Shown: positions 25,625 through 40,117, counted from the first letter of the whole stretch. The stretch is DNA of 62,139 nt, filler included, from Sphacelaria rigidula (GCA_964200075.2; 6 parts of 6 records of this genome joined end to end with filler, not necessarily neighbours in it); one strand, 5' to 3'. Notes: a model not told the origin generated them from the letters alone. Numbers and translations are program-made.

Positions 25625-25771
25625 ATGGTGACTGTAAGCAGAACTATGGCGGGGATCATCCTCGCTGGGTGCCTGGCTGTGGGGATGCTCATCGGCGTCA
25701 CGACGAACAACGTTGCCCGCCCTTCATCTGCACTCCGTGGAGGCCAAGTTGCTGAGCCGCGCAGATTGATT
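25625..25771 (+). CDS. First exon of a secreted or membrane-anchored protein with LRG and RRL motifs
   Basis: CAA/CAC-rich leader, ATG, hydrophobic N-terminus MVTVSRTMAGIILAGCLAVGMLIGV, then ALRGG...EPRRLI. Strong gtgagt donor in phase 0. Confidence 0.7.
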
Positions 25772-28700
25772 GTGAGTGCTGATGACCAGCAGTTGTGCGT
25801 AGTACGTAGTACGTAGGGTATCCAACTCATGTTTTATCAGGAGTGCAACATTGTGGACTCGCTTTGGACCGCAATGTAGCTGTTGCCTCTTGGGGAAAAA
25901 CGATTCTGGGCACACGGGGGCGCCGGGCCAAGTAGATCCTTGCATGTCGTCCGTTTCACATGGATTTCGGGGTTTTTTTATCGGTAAAAATCGAAAGTTT
26001 GGTGGCTAGCTCTACTTACTCTGTGCCGCTTTTGTATGTTCGCGTTTCTGATCCTGAGGACACCACATGAAGATACTATCCTTTTGTCAAAATCGCGGGC
26101 TGTACTAGATGGTTCATCGGGGTTTGTTCCTGTCGGCATGTAACTCCTTCAGGGGAGAGTGGGGGGGAAGTCGAGAGCTGATGTTCACCATTGGCTGTGA
26201 TAATCGTGATGGCCATGACAGACATGTGCATCTGATGTGTTGGGGAATTTGTGCAACGACGCATTTTGTGGTGAGATACAAAAGGAAAGATCATCGAACT
26301 TTTAAGAGAAAAATGCGTGCACACACGGTGCAGCAGTGTCCCGACCTCGATCACTCACGCCATGAATACCGTAACGGCTGTTGCATAGCAGGCAGTAGCA
26401 CCGGTGACTCATGAAGTATAGTGGTGTGCCATGATACTATCAGCAGTGATTCTTGAAACCTATCGCCACAGCAGACAAAACCAGCATCAAAATCACACCG
26501 GAATCCTGTAGTCAAGATATTTTGCACTTGTCAAGAGCTGTGCACTGACGCTGCAGCAGTGTCCGTGAAGTTCCATGTCCCACCCCACTTGATCACCTCA
26601 TGCCTGGTTACACAGCACGACGTAACACCAACGGCACGTACACCGCTGTTGCGAGGTGCCAGCAGCTACGAAGCACACGGGCCAGCGCCACCCCAAATAA
26701 ACGCACTAACCAAACCGAACCAAGGGCCGGTGTTCCTTTTTTTTTGTGATAACTGGTGTTCGCCAGGGTTTGCCAGGTGTTCCATTGCACGGTAGTGTGT
26801 CCTTTGTGGGTATTTTTTCGCTACCGGTTTTAGTTTGCGGATTCCGAAGCAGCAAGACAAAACGGTCCCGAAGAACAAATGGCTGCGAGCTGCGGACATC
26901 CAAACGGGCCTCTCTCCCGACACTTCTTGATTCACTCTCAAAAACAGCGGTGAGTAGTGACGGCAACACGTGATACTGACTGTATCTCGCGAAGCATGTG
27001 CGGCCCTCTTGTGGCGGCTGATGATCCTTGGCGTGTATCCTTAATGTGGTCAAGCGCATGGACATGGATCTTCGATTCTTGCACTGTCCACTGTTGCATG
27101 TCGGACCACCTCCAATTTCTAAACTACTACAGACAGTAGGTACGTTGCAGCGTCATTTTGATTTACCCTCATTTTATCCGACTATGGCGAACACGAAGCT
27201 TGATCGAATGATGAGAATCGGAAGAGGCGACGGACGAAGAGCGCAAGCAGTATGATGTGTAAGAATTTCTCACGATGAAATTTTCGCGCAATCAACGGGT
27301 CTTGTGAAACGACACGTCGGGGACAGCGGTGGGCAGCAGGAAGTAGTGGCGGATGTGATGCTGACATGAACCCTCCCCGCCCCCCACCCGCTCTCTGCCA
27401 AACTCTACACTGAACGATTTTACCCCATATTTCCTCTCCTCTCAAGATGTGACGGAACACCGGCGCGATACTCAGGCTAGAGCCTCTCGCGAACATCGCG
27501 AGTATCTCCATACAGCACAACACGTCAGCTCAGCAGGAAAAAAATACAACAGCCCGTCATGATCTCTCGTGACACGGTGCAGTCCGGTCATGTTGATTCA
27601 TGCACACCTGCGCCCTTCATGCAGGCTACACAAGTAGTACTACAACACCTTGATGTAGTCACTGGTGCACCTAACCGTAGTTTCTCAAGGAGTTGTTGCC
27701 GGACCGTGTTGTACCCGGAGACTGCCTGTTTCCTTCAAGCTGTTCCCTATTTCATCCTTCCGTTGCAAGACAGTAGCTACTGACTGTTCTTCTTCATACA
27801 GGTGATACATTATTGTGTTGAACAGTCGAAGAAAGATATGATGGAATACCGGAAAAGAAATGAACACGTTTGCGGATTGTAGTGTCTCCTTGAGTGCAGT
27901 ACGGCTCGAGACACCCCGGTACACCAGTACCCAGGCACTGCCACCAGGGCTGCTATACCGGAGGTGGGTCGACAGGACAACAGGGCCGCGTGATCTACTG
28001 CATCGTATCGCTCGGCCTGTTGTCCAGCTTTGTTCCGTGAGAATATTGTTCCGTCCACGCGCAAAACAAGAGGCGTGGTACAATGATCGATACACCAGAT
28101 ACGAACGATGGCAAAATAGCTGAGTGTCGGAGGGAAATTCCAACGCTTACTGAAGCACGAAATATTCTCGTGGAGGTGGGGGATGACTTTTGTATTGCCT
28201 GTATAGCCCCTCCGGTGTTGGCCATGTTCCTTTTGAACGCCCTGCACCTCCCCGAGTGGTCTACCGCACGCGCTTCGATCGTGCCGAACCCCTTTTCCTA
28301 AAAAACGTACCTTGTGGCTCGAGCTTTTTGCCCGCCCTGCCGAAATTTGTGCCGGAGCATCTCGGGCGGGTGTGCCCTTGAATATCCTCACATCTCGAAG
28401 CTCTCTACCCCCCAACGTCATTCGGTTTCGGTTCGCATTCATCAGCCGCAACTTGACTGATGTGCCGACAGTCATGTGTGTGTGTGGTGGCATTGGCTGC
28501 CTCTATAGTCTCGTCCGATGCTCGACATACTGGATCAGCACGAGCTGTCCCCACTGATGTGGGATACCCCTACAATCGCAGGATTGCCTGGAGTGAGGGG
28601 CACTGCTGCTGTAGAAACGCCTTGGTAAATGGTAAACCGTGACGTCAGTGAAAGTCACTATAGAGCACCCAACACATGGCAGTAGAGACGACAGTATAAT

Positions 28701-30978
28701 GCAGACAAAACCAACGACACCGTGGACGGGAATGGTTGGTCACCATTGGACCGCGAGAGGAGTTGATTCATCTGGATCATACATACTTCTCGGCACATAC
28801 TTCTTTTGAGGAAACCTTTGATGCCGATATAACTGATGGACCTACTCACAACCTACTCTCGCCGTCTGAACGGTCAAACCTTGGGCGCGCCAACCCTCCT
28901 CTGAGATAAACCGACATTTTTCCACTGGAAATATTGCCTGTTTTGACAAAGCTAATTGTCCACTATTGGCGGTCACATAACCGACGGTAGGCAGGAAATA
29001 TTGATCAGACAAGAGATCTCGGTGGTTGAGGTCGTACAGAATCACCACGAGTCTTGAGGGCATGACGTTTTCTCGGTCGAATACAACCGGTAATATCCTG
29101 GTGAGTAGTATGTTTGGAACATGGCATTAGTTTGTGTCACTGGTATCTGATTCTTGAGGACATTGGATATACCGATTGAGGACACTAGATACACCTACCG
29201 AACAGTACGGCATCCGAGGACATCAACCCCCCCCCGCCACTCCTTTCCCCCCCTCCCCTCGCCCCGAATCACATCTGACATGTTGCGGAGTGAGAGCTAG
29301 AGTATAGCTAACCGCGGTAAATCAGTCTGCTGAGTAAGCGGGGGGTCATGAAGTAACGGTAGAGCTCGCGTGAAACATCGAGCATGTCGTCCTTTTGTAG
29401 AGAAATGAGGTCACGGATGGCGGAACGAACGCGGGTTTTGGACTCAGGGCCGGGGATGATGTGTGACATGTCGCCGCCTTCCCCCCGTGCTATCCCTATG
29501 TGATATCATGTGCTACATGCCTTGACCTTTTCATCAGTGCCACCCTGGCCTCTTCGACGAACGCGGGAAAATGCCGAAGAGGGGACCCTCGCCCCACAAA
29601 TATGAAAAATGTGAAGAACCTAATCGGTAATTGACGGAAGAAGTGAGGGATTCTGATGGGTGGCCACGGCTGGATCAAGGCCATACAATGTCAGTGATCG
29701 CAGGGTTCGCACAGTGAAGCTTCCGCAGCTGTCAAGCCGAGACACAACCGACGATCACTATCGCATGATGATGATCCTGCTTGTTTTTGAAAGAGGTGTG
29801 GCGTCCCCGAGGGTCCGAGTCGGTTTCACACCTCGGATGAATTTATCACATTTTGAACCCGTGCACATACTGCGAAGCACTCGGTGTTTGGGTCAACCTG
29901 CCTCCATATACTATCATATATTGTTATGTCTGGCTTTCTTAGCTTCGTGAGCTCATGAGCGGCTCTCATTTTCACGTCAGGTGGAGAGATACATAAGGGT
30001 CACCTCCCATGATATTGGCTTGTATTTGTGCATACGACACGACTGTGTTATATGTCGACATGCTGCTGCTCGTGACTTGCCGTACCCAAAAATTTAAGAC
30101 GCCCCATGCCCCTTTACTCAGCGAGCGTCTTCGTCCATGCAGCAAAGTAGGATTTTCATCCACACAAACTGCTCCGAATTGCTCCCGTATATATGTCGTT
30201 CAACCGACATCCAACTATTATGCCGCGCCCTGGGTGCTCCCAAGGCCGTAACCATTGGATACATTGAGCTCTTGGGTTAGTGTCTCGTGTGACAAATTAA
30301 CGCGAGAGACGTGGAGGTATTTCGGCGTTGCCGGCGTCATCTATTCCGCAAGAAAAAGGACGGGGGTATCCAGCCGTCGGTGTACCTCGAAACGCGATCC
30401 CGGTCACTGTGCCGTTCGAAAAGTGAGGCCGATACATTTTTTGAAGTGGGGCCGAGAGATTTTTTTTTTCGGATAGTAGGGTCGGCAGATTTTCACAGTC
30501 TCATCGTGAGATGATCACTGTGGGCTATCGCACCTCAAGATTGCTGTGTGTTGTGTGTTTCATGCCATCAATTCTGGACGTCACGGTATATGTGGGCGAT
30601 TCAGCCGGTGTTGATCCTTGATTTCATTATGACTGTTCCCCAGGGATCCAGCCGCGGTCACAAGATGTACCCTGAATACAAAACAGGCCTACTGTCGTAT
30701 AATTTGATGTTGAAAACGTTCCGCACGGGTCGCTTACACGATGATGGCAAATGCTTGGGCATGCCAAACCAAGAGCACGCTCCCGCTCCCCCACCTCCCC
30801 TTCCGTCCGAAAGGAATACGCGGTCAATGGTCAAACTGACTGAGGCAAGCAACAACTCGAGTACATCCCCCTCACCCCCCCTACCCTTGCGCCCGTGAAG
30901 TAGGAACGGTGCCCCGACTCGAAAGAAATGCGTGGTCAATGGCGAAACGACTCGTGAGGTATCCAACAAATGGGTACG

Positions 30979-31013
<35 letters not shown>

Positions 31014-31023
31014 ACCCCCCCCC

Positions 31024-31123
31024 NNNNNNNNNNNNNNNNNNNNNNNNNNNNNNNNNNNNNNNNNNNNTTAATTAATTAANNNNNNNNNNNNNNNNNNNNN
31101 NNNNNNNNNNNNNNNNNNNNNNN
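31024..31123. other. Artificial contig linker
   Basis: Same structure. The preceding contig ends in poly-C. Confidence 0.98.
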
Positions 31124-31706
31124 TAGAATCGTTAGGAGCCCCTGAACCAGACAAAATTTCGTGAAAAAAGTGCACCCCTACCGTAGCATTGCTCTATAGC
31201 TGTAGGCCGTAAATTGCCAACATAGAACTCCCCGTACAAACGCAAGTGATGCACTATTTTATATGTTGTCTACGTTACACTTCACGATATTACACAGACT
31301 CTACATGATTTATGCAATACGGGTTTTCTTTGTTCCATGTCCACGCGCATCACCCAAATAAACGAGGCTTGGACGAAGGCGAACAGCAGCACGCGAACCA
31401 CAAGGTCTGTAAACCCAATTTGACACAGTGCGGGCTACCTAGCGCTGTATTTGGAATAATTTTCGACGGTGGTCCACCGGTGTTATTCGGCATTGCCTAG
31501 CTTTGTTGACCGTGTGCTTGATTCCCGCGTACATCGCGGACAACCAACGGTTGGATCCATTATTGATACAATACTTGAGCCGTAGGCGATACATGCCGCG
31601 GATATCCAGCAGCACTTTCAGTTGAATTACCGGCCAATCCCGTTCATGTCAAACGAGAACCTGCCATCCTGTTTGTACCCCCGACACATTGTTGCGATCA
31701 CCTTAC

Positions 31707-31922
31707 CTCGAAGTTGAGACGAGAAATGACACTAATGCTGGCAAGGCTGCTATCACTCGCAGCTACGGCTGCAGGGACATGCCTTGGTCCTGGCGGGAGC
31801 ATCGCCTCGACAAAACCTTCCACAGACAGCCCACCGGGAGAGGCCTTGAAGATCTTTCGGAGAGCCGACAGTTCCGCCACCGGCAGCCGCATCAGCGTCG
31901 ATGCAACCGCATTTTCGATCAT
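31707..31922 (-). CDS. First exon, EF-hand-like N-terminus
   Basis: ATG to GAG|gtaagg, 216 nt. ELSALRKIFKASPGGLSVEGFVEAML has the helix-loop-helix F...G.L...FV..M pattern of a degenerate EF-hand. Confidence 0.6.
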
Positions 31923-34900
31923 TGTTGCGCTCGCGACCGTGGGTCTCAGCCGTGACAGCGTTTCTTTCGGATACCTTGCCTGGCGGTGGAAATTGGAAAC
32001 GGTGATGATCCGCTGCTATCGTTCTTGATGTCGATGGCCTTTCACGGGTATGCAACGGTCACACGGTGACGTAGGATCTTGGATACAAAGAGTTACAGGT
32101 GTTGAAATTTCCTTCAAGAGCCTCTACTATCGTTAAACCCAGACTCGGGTTTAAATGCGAGGTTGCCGCCTCGGAATACAGTGTAGTGATCTGACAGGAG
32201 ATATCTGTATTTTCGTGAAAATTTGGACTTGTGACAAGCAATATTAGCCGCACTACACCAGGACCGCGCGTTACTGGAAGGTTGTATGTAGCAGGTGTAC
32301 TGACTCAGCAGTGTGATTGTTTTCCCCACCCTATACTCTAACAAAGAAGACCCTGGCGCCGCATCACTGCTGATTTTGAGATGTCCAGACAATCTGCACC
32401 TGCAACACTTGTAACACTAGCACCCTGAATTTTTTAGCAGTAGTTCAATGCGACCTGCACATCCTCCACACCGTGTTCCCTCACGCGGTAAATACGTACA
32501 CCAGGAATGATTCAGCCGAATAAAAGCCTACTCACACTGTCAGCAATCCCGTGATACCGTGGGATCATAACGTATTTACTTATCGCTTGACGGTGGTGGT
32601 GTCTGCCGGTGTGTTTTTGATCCTGTGATGTCCACACCATTTATTTCTGTTATAGCGAGTGTTTTTTTCTTCACCGATCGCGATTGAGATCATTCCGCCT
32701 CACTCGGTGTTGGCCATATAACCACTCACTCAATCAATCAAGTCTGCCAGCGGTCGTACTCGATTTCGCTGTCAATCTATCCGCGGTTACTCGGGTAACT
32801 GCTCAGCCTGACCCACACCAGAGTCCCGGGTTAGACCGAGCACAACCAACGCAAACCACAACCGCAACATGAACCCCCACGCCGTACGTGTCTTCGGTAC
32901 GTTTAAAGGGCGCAAACTGTGCCAATCTCGGCCAGGAATATGTCGTCGCCCCTCTTCTCCATTTATCCAAGGTACCGAATCTCACCAGTGTCCATAAACC
33001 CCCATCAATACTAGTCTCAAAGGATTGGCGGCGAAGTAAAGAAAACCATGATTTCCGAGTGTAATGTGGAGACTGCATTATAACTGGTGCGCTGAACCAG
33101 GCCTTATTTGACCAGATGTCTTCTCAGCGCAGCAAACTCGCCCTGCAGTTGCAATGCGATATACGGTATGTATCGACCATAGTTCGAGTATGCATACCTC
33201 TGGTACAACAAAGCCGATTATTGGGGAATGCGTATGTTCGTTTTGGACTGCAGCCGACCATGAAAATTTGGGATATCGGCATTTATTTGTAGCCTGTGTG
33301 TGCCGAAGTTGAAGCAAACAACGGCTTTTTGGTAAGGACAGGCTCACCGCCGCCGCGTTTTTTGTCTGCGTGTCAACGTGTGCTTTTCTGCTCAAATTGG
33401 TCGTTGGGGGTGGAGAAGAAAATTCCGCAAACCTCCGGCCCAAAACAAGGTACGACCGAGACATACACCATGCGCAGTACGTTCACCCCTTCACCAAATA
33501 CGCCGCGCCCCTCAGCAGGGAGATACGACCGAGGTGTGCTGACCACGTATATGTACTATTTATTGCTTGCGCGATCATTTCTACTACACTTTACTGTTGA
33601 TAATTGTGTGATGGCTGTGGCTCTGACCCCGCTTTTGTGTACGAACAACCATGTACGGTGACTCGCGGCATGTCCGTGGCAACGGTATTGTCTTTTTTAT
33701 TCAGGCGTTGTCTTTCGACCGGGACAAATAGTTGCTCCGTCTGAAAAAGGGAGAAATGCCAGTCGGCCGACGGGCGCTAGGAGAGCCAATCCAGCTACTG
33801 CCATCACCGAACTTATTCACAGCCTTGAATGGAATTGATCAGCACCTCTGTCTTCTTCTTTGCCCTTCGACTACCCTATATTTTGTTGCAATACCTACGC
33901 TGGGTGCGAAATTTAGTACCTCTCGTCTACCTCGCGCGAAGTCGGAGGGGGCTGACCTCTCCCCTGACACACATCTACCTCGAAGTACTCATTGCTTCAC
34001 ATCGCAACCCCCGTTGCTATTGTTGTAGACGCAAAACGAGCGCCAACGGCGACAACACATCAACAGACGATGTGTACAGTAGCCCCTTGTCATTCGTTTT
34101 TGTTTAAAGTATGAACATATTCCTGGTGAGCTCTCTTGCAGCCCTCGCGTCACACTTCGCAGCCAAACGAAGAACCTGTTGACCGCGAAGCAGTCCTATC
34201 AAGTTCATGGATGCCAATGCACCACTTTGCGCATTGACCCTTGTATACGGTTGCCCATATAGTAAGGATCTCACGCTCTTCGCGATCAACGAATGAACCG
34301 AATCCTCCTGTACAGTTGCGACCCGCGATTGAGAAAACTTGAGGCTGGGCCTCTCACGGAAAATAAGAAAAATGGACTGAGAAACACACCTCAAACTGGG
34401 CGACAAGATAATAAGAAACATGAAAAAAAACAAGAAACAACGCGGATACATACCTAAAATAGGCATAAGAAATAAGAAACTGGGTGACTGGGGAGCCGCT
34501 TCCCAACTAAAGAACGTACCCACTATATCTAGACCCCCCCCTGCTAAACTGTACTTTTTGTGGGAGAGTCATACGTTCGTTCTTGATTGGGTAGCGCCAG
34601 TTAGACACTGTAGACCTGCGGGGGTGTTTTTCGTTGGGTGGTTTGCGTGCAGCGAGGAGGTGGCGGAGGCAGTACATCGAGGATATAAGAAAACGACAAT
34701 ATAAGGAAATCAACAGGATCCGATCGGCCAGAAATAAAAGAAGACCCAATATAAGAAAAAACACAAGTCATGCTGGTGTTTGCGCCCGAAATAAGACTTT
34801 GAGCCTCAACCCCAAATTGACGTTTCTTATCTCCGGGCCGCAACTGTACTGCACACTCTGAACTTTACACTAAATCGTTTATTTTGAAGGTTCTCTACTG

Positions 34901-35616
34901 GAGACTCTTGCAACTCATTCAGTAGTATGTGTGCAACCCTTACCACGGCGCACACACCTCAGCTGGCGACGTGAGTAGTAGAGATGAGCAATCAATCGGT
35001 CCTCCTGTTGGCAATTGTGTTTCTGTTTCTCGCAGCCACTGCCAAGGGAACGCGGTCGTGTTACACATGTACTTGATCTGAAACGTGAAATCGTGCGGGA
35101 CAAATTACCAGATTACCTCTGGACGTCTCCTGCGGGGAAATAGGTGCCGTTTGGCGGTCGAAATATCTTCCACACTTGAGGTACGCAGCTTTAAAACGCG
35201 CTTTGTAGACCTATGCAGCACATTCTGCGATGTCCTGATTCACATGGATAATCTCTGGTTGATTCGATCCTTTTGTAGCCAATTCAACGGGATGTACGTC
35301 GACTCTGGACATTCTTGCCTGCTGCAAAAATCAGGTTGAGTGCTCTATATTGTTCGTCATATATCCACATCGATTTCTCTGACCCGTGGTTCATGGTACA
35401 AAGATGGAAAATGACCTCACTTTTTTTGCCACGTGCTCGAAGCCCAGGCGCTCTTTGAATCACAAATACGATCATACCATGATGTACCCGTCTTCGGCAC
35501 TACGTGTATGCTGTATATCAGGCTTGTATCTCGTCAATCTTACCACATCCAGTAATGTTCCCTGGATATCTGCTAAACAAACCCTTCAACACATCAACAT
35601 TGGAGTACATGAGCAG

Positions 35617-35706
35617 CACCATGATCAAGGGGGTGGTATCCGAGGGAGAAAGTCCTTCGGTTATGGGTGGGTTACTCGTGTCCGGGGTGGCGGTGGCGGG
35701 GGCAAG
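35617..35706 (+). CDS. Gly-rich internal exon of the plus-strand gene in contig 4
   Basis: cag acceptor and consensus AAG|gtaagt donor. Phase 0/0, HHDQGGGIRGRKSFGYGWVTRVRGGGGGGK. Confidence 0.5.
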
Positions 35707-37233
35707 GTAAGTGGATTTTGGATGTAATGACATCTACCGCCTCATTTGTCAAAGTCAGCGTACGCTGCTACATGTTATCACATTGAAAGTACTTTACAGT
35801 TCATGCTCATTATTGTCTGTACAATCAGTGATACAGGACATTGTACTCTGTGCGGTCGGTGTCGACGGTGTGCGGCGTATCACAGAACAGATGGCACAAC
35901 CGTACGCAGTGCGTTGCTGTGCTATTGCTCATGCGATGTTCTTGCTCGTTTCTTGTCTGTATCAGTGACGCTCAACCAGTTTCGGTTTCAGCCGATCAAA
36001 AAAGCAGGTGTTCGTATATCCGCTCATGTAACATGATGAGGGGTGGTGTGCACCGTATCAGGCGCACGGCACCAGGACGACGAAGAAGATTCCACAATGA
36101 AGCCGCGTCTTGTCCTTGTGTTCGTCATGATAGATAAAAGTTTAGGTTGATGGTATATAAAGGCAATATGCCCCACCATACTGTGCTGTACTATTGCATA
36201 ACAGTGCGCGGTACGGTGTACACGATTACGTACTCGAGTGCCGTGTTGTAATAGGTACATTGCATCATGGAGCAGAACAACGCCGCGCGCAGAAGCAGAG
36301 TTCACGCGAGTTGGTCAAGACTTACGGTTCGAACAGGGTTTATAAGAGTCGTCTCCACATCTGGGCCAGCGTAGCCTTTTGACCTAAATCACGCACAGCG
36401 CAGATTTTGGACAGAGCTATGTGCGGCTTGCCGCCCATGAAGCGGTTAGGCTGTTGCTTGCGCTTTATTGCTTCTCCTGACATGGGAATCCTATTATTTT
36501 GGCCTCCGGCAGCCCCTGCGCGAGGGGCGGCCGTACGCGGGGGGCGGCCCTCCGGACTGAATCGAGGTCTGGAGAGATCAGCCCGTGTCTCCTTGCCATG
36601 TAGCGAGCCTTATAACATCCAGCATCGGATCAGCACTCCCACAGACCGTTGGCTCTCGTCGAATATTCATGTTTGCTCGCTCGTCCTCATGTTCTCGGAC
36701 CACGGAATAAACGGGCGAGTACTGTCGGGGTTCCGAACCCGCGGACTCTGCCCGGACTGGCCGGTGGTGCACCGATCACCGGGGCGTGGGGCACATTCTG
36801 CTTTACTTTCCGCCATACATTCAACAGCTCATTTTCTTCTCGACGAGTCATCCGTAGTAACAATGTATGAAACAACCCAGCTCCTCCCCGGTGTGTACCT
36901 TCCTGACATATTGGTATTGTGGATGGCATAGGCTCCCCGGTACCGTGTCGACTTTCGCTGAGTTTTATTTATGTTTTTCACGTCCTTTCATATTTAGTAC
37001 TTCGGAGATCGGGTGCTCTTTGAGAAGGAAATAAAAAACATACCGGGCTGGGATTCGTATCCTGAACTTTCGGCCTAACTGGCTTCAGGATGTACCTACC
37101 CCCCGTGCAGACATGTAGTCAGACCATGGCGGCCGTGTGTACCTGTATTTTACTGTACGCTGCTTTTGAACGCGGTGTTGCCCACGTGGTTCGAGTTCAT
37201 ACGGAGGTGTTACTGTTCCGATACCATCGCCAG

Positions 37234-37346
37234 GTGACTGCCGATGGAGGTTCGCGCGATCGGGGCGGCGGCGGTGGCCGCGGTGGCTATGACACCGGTG
37301 GGACTGGAGATGTTGAGGAAGTGCTGGTTGCCAACTTCCCCAACAG
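37234..37346 (+). CDS. Internal exon of the plus-strand gene in contig 4
   Basis: cgccag acceptor and CAG|gtgagg donor. VTADGGSRDRGGGGGRGGYDTGGTGDVEEVLVANFPN. Ends in phase 2. Confidence 0.65.
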
Positions 37347-38788
37347 GTGAGGAAAAATTCAGGAATTTATGTTTGACTCGACATTCCCCCCCCCCCCCCT
37401 CATGGAATAGATCAATCTGACTCTTCCCGTGATTTTTGTGTTCTTGAAGGGAACCAAGTTCTTGTCTCGAAGTGACGCATTGACAAATTCGTGCGTGTGA
37501 TGACCTGCCGCGAAAGTTCTTGAAAAGCTGTCTCGTCGGCTCCGGTGGAGTTGTTGGCCGGCTTCCACCGCGCAAAGCTATCCTCTGACGAGACGAAGTC
37601 GAAACTATAACCCGTTTGGTCATTCCATTGCTGTCCCCACATTCAAAACGTTCCTCGTTAAACCCCAAGTTTAAATATTTTGGGCACTTGGAGCTCAGCG
37701 CGCGACAATATACAGGTGCTAGTGCGTACTTTTTTCCCCCCTCGCCATTCTTTGAACCCACCCCCTTCCTTGGGACGACGAGTTCGTAGTTGGAACGGAT
37801 TGGTTGATCTCCCACCCAGCGCATGCCCTACTTTTTGATATCTCGGATTGGGGAAGCACTCTCGACACGTAAACGTTTATCCTATACTCCCATCATCACG
37901 TTTTGAACGACCGAAATAAGATATTTACTCCAGTTCAAACACATGCATCTGCCGCTTATACCAGTTGGACTATCGCGGCGGGGTGGTACCCACCGTACAT
38001 CGTTTTTAATTGTGGCTTCCCGGTGATTCAGAGAGTAAGATTATGTCGGAAGTAAAGAACCTCTCTGTTTCGTTGGGTACGCGAATAAACTGCCCCACGC
38101 TATGCTCTTGGGGAAGGACAAGTAATCCGAAAGGGGGGATAGTGATGAACGCCGATCCACGCCTGAAACCTTGTTTTAGTACTAGTCAGAAGAGGCGCTG
38201 TGCGGTGCTGCGAGATGAGTATATGATTAGGTTTGGTTCCAACCAGCCATGTCACCCCTGTGGCCAAATATTTCGAACACTATTCCGTCGGTGCTAGCAC
38301 ACGCCCCGAAATTATCGAGGAACAAATGAAGGTTATTATAATTATATCCTGACGTCCCTCGCTTCAGATGTTTTATACTTCGTAGTTATCAGTTGCTCAA
38401 CAGTGTTGCTCAAGATGTTTCGACCCCTTGGCTGCGAACTGTTGTGATATTTTATGCTTCATGCGTGCCCATGTGAGAAAGTGCGTGCCTTGATTTCAAT
38501 TTGAATCCTGTGGGCGCCAGTCGTCGTTTCGGAGCAATGTTACTCGTCTGTCCTTCACTACAAGGACAACTGCGTTGGTATATTTGAGTAGCTCTTCTAT
38601 GCTCACGAACACCACCATTCATTGACAGCATAAAGAGGTCGCTTTGTTTTGGCTGTTGTATTGTCATACTTTTGTCATGTGACCATGGCGGGATCCCTGG
38701 GGGGTCAAGTTGAAATAAAAGAATGTAATCCTTCCCCTTCCTGGGGAAAGGTTCGCAGTCTCAACGGGCCGACGCATTTCCCCCCCGG

Positions 38789-38791
<3 letters not shown>

Positions 38792-38822
<31 letters not shown>

Positions 38823-39080
38823 TTGGCTTGTCTTCTCTGTCCTTCTCTTGTATTTTCCTTTTTTGGTTTTAGATCGCCCATTTCTTTCCGTGCTTTACTT
38901 TTGGATTTTTTGCTTTTTCACGTCTCAGTCTACTGTATGGTTCTGTTCGACTTTTTCTGTCTCTTATTTTTCTTCAGCGAGTGTTTTTCAGTTTTGTTTT
39001 TTTCTTGGATACGTTTATCACGTGACCACGGCTGGATCATGACCTGGGCGATTAGTTCGAATGCGACAATCAATCAATCA
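38792..39080 (+). repeat. (TG)n plus T-rich retroposon 3' end with (AATC)n tail
   Basis: Ends gaccacggctggat...tgcgacaatcaatcaatca. Second copy at 40118-40272. Confidence 0.65.
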
Positions 39081-39696
39081 TGGATCATCAATCACTGTAC
39101 CTGCCTGGTATTCTGGTATCGCGTTTTATTGTTGATCGACACTCTCACCGCGTCACTCTCACACTGACTTAACTCCGTTCGGATTTTCTTCGCTACTCGC
39201 GTCTCCACGCTTCCGACGACGGAAACCAGACTTTGCAACAACAAAGTCTCTACTCCGCATCCTTTCACCCTCACGAAGGCTGTCCACCATGCGGCCGGAA
39301 GTTATAGTTGCTGTCACGACATCATTACGGGTATTTTGGGCCAGTGAGATGCGAGCGTTATGTGCATGAGCCACCCTGCTTTTCGGGCTCTCTGCTTTAT
39401 CATACTCGGCCTTCGCCGACCCCCAAGGCTACCGCCAAGCGAAGGGAGGCCGAAACCCCGCGCGGGGCAAGGGGGAGGAGCTTGGAGTGCTCTAGACAAA
39501 GTGTTTGCTGGCAGAGCTGGCCCCGATTCGAGCCATTCTAACAAACGAATTGTGAACCGGCTTGGGTTATTGGTCACACTGGAAAATCGAGGATATACAC
39601 ATCATATATATCTATATGTGTGTGAATCACACCCTGAATACTAGGTTAAATTGTCAAAAAGTGTACTGCGTACAAGATCGACTATCGCGCCTGTTT

Positions 39697-39950
39697 GAGT
39701 CATCCTATGATAGGGGGGTGGAGGGGGGTATTTTATGACACGAAAAAAGAGACTCATAGGTGTGTCAGACGACCTGCCATAGTCGTGGTGCACTTGTATT
39801 TGGTTCAAAACGGTGTGAAGCAGTATGAATGAGCGTTATCTATCTACAGCAAGTTCATTTGGACAACCGTTGCTGCTTTTAATAACGATTTGACTTGAAA
39901 TTTCGTGAAGAAGTGGCCCAAAATGCTCCCCCCCTGTCGTAGGATGACTG
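39697..39950. mobile_element. MITE family G copy
   Basis: TIRs gagtcatcctatgataggggg and ccccctgtcgtaggatgact. Body matches 22404-22664. Confidence 0.75.
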
Positions 39951-40117
39951 TATTGCAGTGGACCATAGATGACATAATTGTGCGCAGTGCAAGTTTTGAC
40001 GAAGCGATCTATTGTCCAGGGTGTGTGATATGAACACTATAGCTGTCATGATTTCGTTTGTGATGACATCGTCACCCAGAGTCTGCAGCAATAACTTGTG
40101 TGTATTTTATGATCGAC

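Noticed and set aside
27810-28493. 227-aa minus-strand ORF and neighbouring ORFs at 26000-29100
   Set aside because: No recognisable motif or convincing splice pattern. May be an old TE relic but cannot be supported.
35036-35143. Exon candidate with a strong acceptor (tttctcgcag)
   Set aside because: All three frames hit a stop at or before the plausible donor.
37585-37621. Hammerhead-like core CTGACGA-GAC/GAA/GTC-GAAA with a downstream GTC
   Set aside because: Stem II is present and stem III is weak, but no stem I pairing can be formed in type I or type III topology. Probably chance or fully decayed.
39312-39578. Possible solo LTR (TGTCAC...GTCACA)
   Set aside because: No TSD and no second copy in the window.
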